From a virus (Duplodnaviria > Caudoviricetes), in IMG/VR virus record IMGVR_UViG_3300032038_000018, positions 32,001 to 96,000 of that record: a DNA stretch of 64,000 bases. One strand, 5' to 3'. Below are positions 61,097 to 64,000 of this stretch, piece after piece; the stretch's first letter is position 1; the number at the start of each line of letters is the position of its first letter. A model generated the notes under the pieces. It did not search any database. It was given only the letters and a program-made list of their open reading frames with translations, and had not been told where the DNA came from. The position numbers and the translations under genes were made by a program.

Positions 61097-61158
61097 TATA
61101 AAACACCTCAATGAGAAATATATTTCAAGAAAGAGGTGGAGTGTTTATTTTCAGATTC

Positions 61159-61379
61159 AGAAAACTCTACCCCCTCTCCCTCTGCGCATGTGGGCTCAAC
61201 CGCCCACATGCGCATTCACCCTCTCCCCCTGTAAAGATGATTTAGGAAGCCCGAGCCGAGCAAACGAAAGCCGCGCGAGCGGCGAAGTACCAGGCCGCGG
61301 TCGAAAGGGCAATGTTCGCAAGAGAACAAAACGGGCCAGCGGTGCCGCCGGTGCCCAAGGAGCCAAACAACAGCACCTC
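61159..61379 (-). repeat. DGR-like variable region plus downstream conserved cis element, copy B
   Basis: Repeat of 59112-59332; hairpin at 61183-61214. Confidence 0.85.
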
Positions 61380-63146
61380 GTAGAAACCTGATTTCTGATC
61401 TCCAAGATAGTAAACACCATCACAGAACCCTGTAGTTGTAGATGCACCATCACAGTTATATAATAGACCACCTAATGCTAAGTTATAATGCACGTCTCTT
61501 ACATACTTCCAACTAGTTCCACTCGTAGTATGACTATGATATCCTGTATCTGTGTATTCTGCTGTGATTGTATTCGTGGTTTTAGTGATTGCTCTTAAAT
61601 CATTTTGTAATAAGATATGAACCATAGTGTTACTATCATAATTATAAACTGCATTACCACATACTTCGTTTGTGCCACACATCAGTTCTATGCCACTTAT
61701 TACACTAGGATTCCTCAAACTTGTATTAAATGCTCCGTTAATATAAGAACCATCTTTACCAAGTATTCCGAGAGAATATCCTGTATTATAACACGCACTG
61801 GTCTGAACACTGCATGTTGTATCTGCAGTTATCGGTCTGTCAAAGTATACTGCAGTATAAGTAGTTTCTCCACTAGCACTATATCCTATTACATTATTAC
61901 TGCCATCATATGCATATAGAGTATAAACTCCACCAGTTATGTCAAGTACTAAGTTTATATCTACTGTACTTTCTTCAGATGTATTGGGATCGGTATATAT
62001 AAACTGCATTGTGTTATTATCGTCATCTAAATCTACAGCATCTCCAGTAGATGCTAGTTTCTTACATAAGATATCAAATTCAGATTCACTAGCTATGGTA
62101 TAATTAGTATCGGATATAGTAAATCCAGCTTTTACATTTTTAAATAAAACTATATCATTAGTTTTACCGGTCACATACAAATTTTGGGCTACACTGAATT
62201 GTCTATACGATTGTCTAGCAGACGTCGGATCACCAACATCTATCTGTGTATCAGCATATAACTTATTGGCATCTGTAGTAGTAAGCACTACATAATTTTT
62301 ATTTGTAACAGCAGTCTGTAAATACAGCAATACTTGATAATACGAGGATAGACCATTCAATTTCGTTTGATAGTTTGTATGGCCATATTTCATCATAAAT
62401 ATACGTTGTATCGTAGCTAACTGACCAATAGTCATAGCAGACATATTTTCATTTCTAGCATGATATCTGTCAACACAGTTGTTATATGACGGACCAGCTA
62501 CTCCAGATATATGACCATTTACCCATGGATATCTACCAGCACTACTATAAGGAGCTCCATCTATCCATACAGATGGGAATTTAGTTATTGTATAAAATCC
62601 TTGATTTTTTCCATCTATTCCTTTACATAATATATTTAATGTAAACCCATCTCTGGGAGTATCAGTCCATTCTATACATAGCCACTCTACGCCAGATACC
62701 GTTTCAGTATATATTTTCTCATATACAGGAGCAAATAAGCATACTACGTCTACTTTACCATAATAGCTAAAACCATCTTCACCTTCTAAATAATCTATTA
62801 CAATACTTCCATCTGATCCATAGTGTACATTAGCATCTATAGATCTAAATACATTTATATTGGCATAATCATCTCTACCGGCTACAGTTCTAGTAGATGG
62901 TTCTACAACTAGCCCATTATTAGCACCATACTTAACTCCACCACTAGCTTGGATTACGCCATTAGCATCTTTGGGGAATTTAACCCCATATATTTTTCCG
63001 TCTCTATTCATCAGAAACATTTTGGCTAATTGCTCTGATTTGTCTTTTATATATTGACTCTTTATTAAGTCATCTTCTCTATCTGACTTATTGGAATCGT
63101 ATCTTTCCAATAAGTCAGTATTTATTAATTTACTATAGTCTGGCAT
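61242..63146 (-). CDS. Putative receptor-binding protein with C-type-lectin-like variable C-terminus (DGR target B)
   Basis: Paralogue of target A over its full length; GAGGT RBS. Confidence 0.8.
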   Translation of the reverse strand: MPDYSKLINTDLLERYDSNKSDREDDLIKSQYIKDKSEQLAKMFLMNRDGKIYGVKFPKDANGVIQASGGVKYGANNGLVVEPSTRTVAGRDDYANINVFRSIDANVHYGSDGSIVIDYLEGEDGFSYYGKVDVVCLFAPVYEKIYTETVSGVEWLCIEWTDTPRDGFTLNILCKGIDGKNQGFYTITKFPSVWIDGAPYSSAGRYPWVNGHISGVAGPSYNNCVDRYHARNENMSAMTIGQLATIQRIFMMKYGHTNYQTKLNGLSSYYQVLLYLQTAVTNKNYVVLTTTDANKLYADTQIDVGDPTSARQSYRQFSVAQNLYVTGKTNDIVLFKNVKAGFTISDTNYTIASESEFDILCKKLASTGDAVDLDDDNNTMQFIYTDPNTSEESTVDINLVLDITGGVYTLYAYDGSNNVIGYSASGETTYTAVYFDRPITADTTCSVQTSACYNTGYSLGILGKDGSYINGAFNTSLRNPSVISGIELMCGTNEVCGNAVYNYDSNTMVHILLQNDLRAITKTTNTITAEYTDTGYHSHTTSGTSWKYVRDVHYNLALGGLLYNCDGASTTTGFCDGVYYLGDQKSGFYEVLLFGSLGTGGTAGPFCSLANIALSTAAWYFAARAAFVCSARAS

Positions 63147-63176
63147 AATTCATATACCTCACATTCTAATCATAAA

Positions 63177-63875
63177 TTAATCTATTTTAATAGCCACTTT
63201 TGCATATGGAGATATATATGTAGTGTTAGAAATAATAAATGGCGTTAATAGACTAACTGAATTAGTACCGCAATCTATTGTATAAAAATTTCTAGCACAT
63301 TTATTTCCTACAAATATAGGCATAAGCACATAATAATCAGAAACTCCATTATTAAGAGCTGATCTAGCTGTAACATCAGCAGTCGTATTAATTATTGTAG
63401 CGTGGTCATTGACAAATCTATGATATTCGCTCGATGTGCCTTGACTAGAAGAGCCCGTATACATACATTCGTATCCAATGAATTCATCTCCTGTGCCTGT
63501 AGTAATGTCGGATATGGCCACAATTCTATACTTAGTAAAATTCATATCATTACCAAACATGACCATGAATACATGACTACTTACGCAGAATCTGAACCAT
63601 GTAGATACTATATAATTCGAATTATATGCAGATGCTGCAACCATTGTGAATTTATTAGCAAGTCCCTCACCGAAGCCTAATACATTAATATTACTATTGC
63701 CAACGGTGGCTTTATTTATTGAAATTAAAACTCCGCCTAAGTTATCTATAACAGCATGATTAGTACTATCAACTGTTATAAATTTATCCATCCCAGTCTG
63801 AGAGAAACAATTCTCCAGATTATCATAAGATAATAATACAGGATATGACCAAACACTAGATATTGTGCTTGCCAT
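63177..63875 (-). CDS. Hypothetical, probably structural, protein
   Basis: AAGGAGTG RBS before MAST; upstream of the fibre genes. Confidence 0.6.
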   Translation of the reverse strand: MASTISSVWSYPVLLSYDNLENCFSQTGMDKFITVDSTNHAVIDNLGGVLISINKATVGNSNINVLGFGEGLANKFTMVAASAYNSNYIVSTWFRFCVSSHVFMVMFGNDMNFTKYRIVAISDITTGTGDEFIGYECMYTGSSSQGTSSEYHRFVNDHATIINTTADVTARSALNNGVSDYYVLMPIFVGNKCARNFYTIDCGTNSVSLLTPFIISNTTYISPYAKVAIKID

Positions 63876-64000
63876 AATTATCACTCCTTTATAATTAAGC
63901 TTATACTGTAAGTCCAGATGCGGCTGCAAGCGCCTGCATTAATGCGGTGCCATTTGTATGGTAGAAATATCCATATTCTGCATCATATCTACCATGCTCT

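Noticed and set aside
59112-61379. One repeat copy being the DGR template for the other
   Set aside because: Neither copy has A at all variable sites (e.g. CTC/GGC, TCG/CCG) and both are in-frame gene ends, so both are targets
1-64000. CRISPR array, rRNA, alternative genetic code, chimallin gene
   Set aside because: No regularly spaced repeats or rRNA seen; long conserved genes are intact in code 11 with all three stops used; no ORF recognisable as chimallin by eye

Overview
This is an AT-rich, densely coding 64-kb segment of a jumbo myophage of the AR9/phiKZ-like supergroup, using the standard genetic code. Strong GGAGG Shine-Dalgarno sites suggest a Firmicutes host (inference). Recognisable genes include fragments of two split multisubunit RNA polymerases, a split family-B DNA polymerase, tubulin (PhuZ/FtsZ-like), RecA/UvsX, NAD-dependent ligase, SF2 helicase, SbcC/Rad50, a GroEL-like chaperonin, MazG, probable portal, tail tube and tail sheath, plus 4 tRNAs. 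The most notable observations: (1) two tandem ~635-aa genes whose 3' ends look like diversity-generating retroelement (DGR) variable regions, each followed by a conserved hairpin flanked by a polypurine mirror repeat, with no template repeat or RT in the window; (2) a ~570-nt ORF-free, highly base-paired region with its own promoter and terminator (candidate large ncRNA); (3) a tRNA-Leu(UAA) split by a group I intron carrying an HNH endonuclease; (4) a nuclease-kinase-kinase protein punctuated by A-x-E putative prohead-protease sites; (5) a CxxxC-repeat protein. Two promoter motifs recur: putative early TATATATT(A/C)TA and putative late RACA-N6-TAAW. All calls are by eye and no database searches were run.
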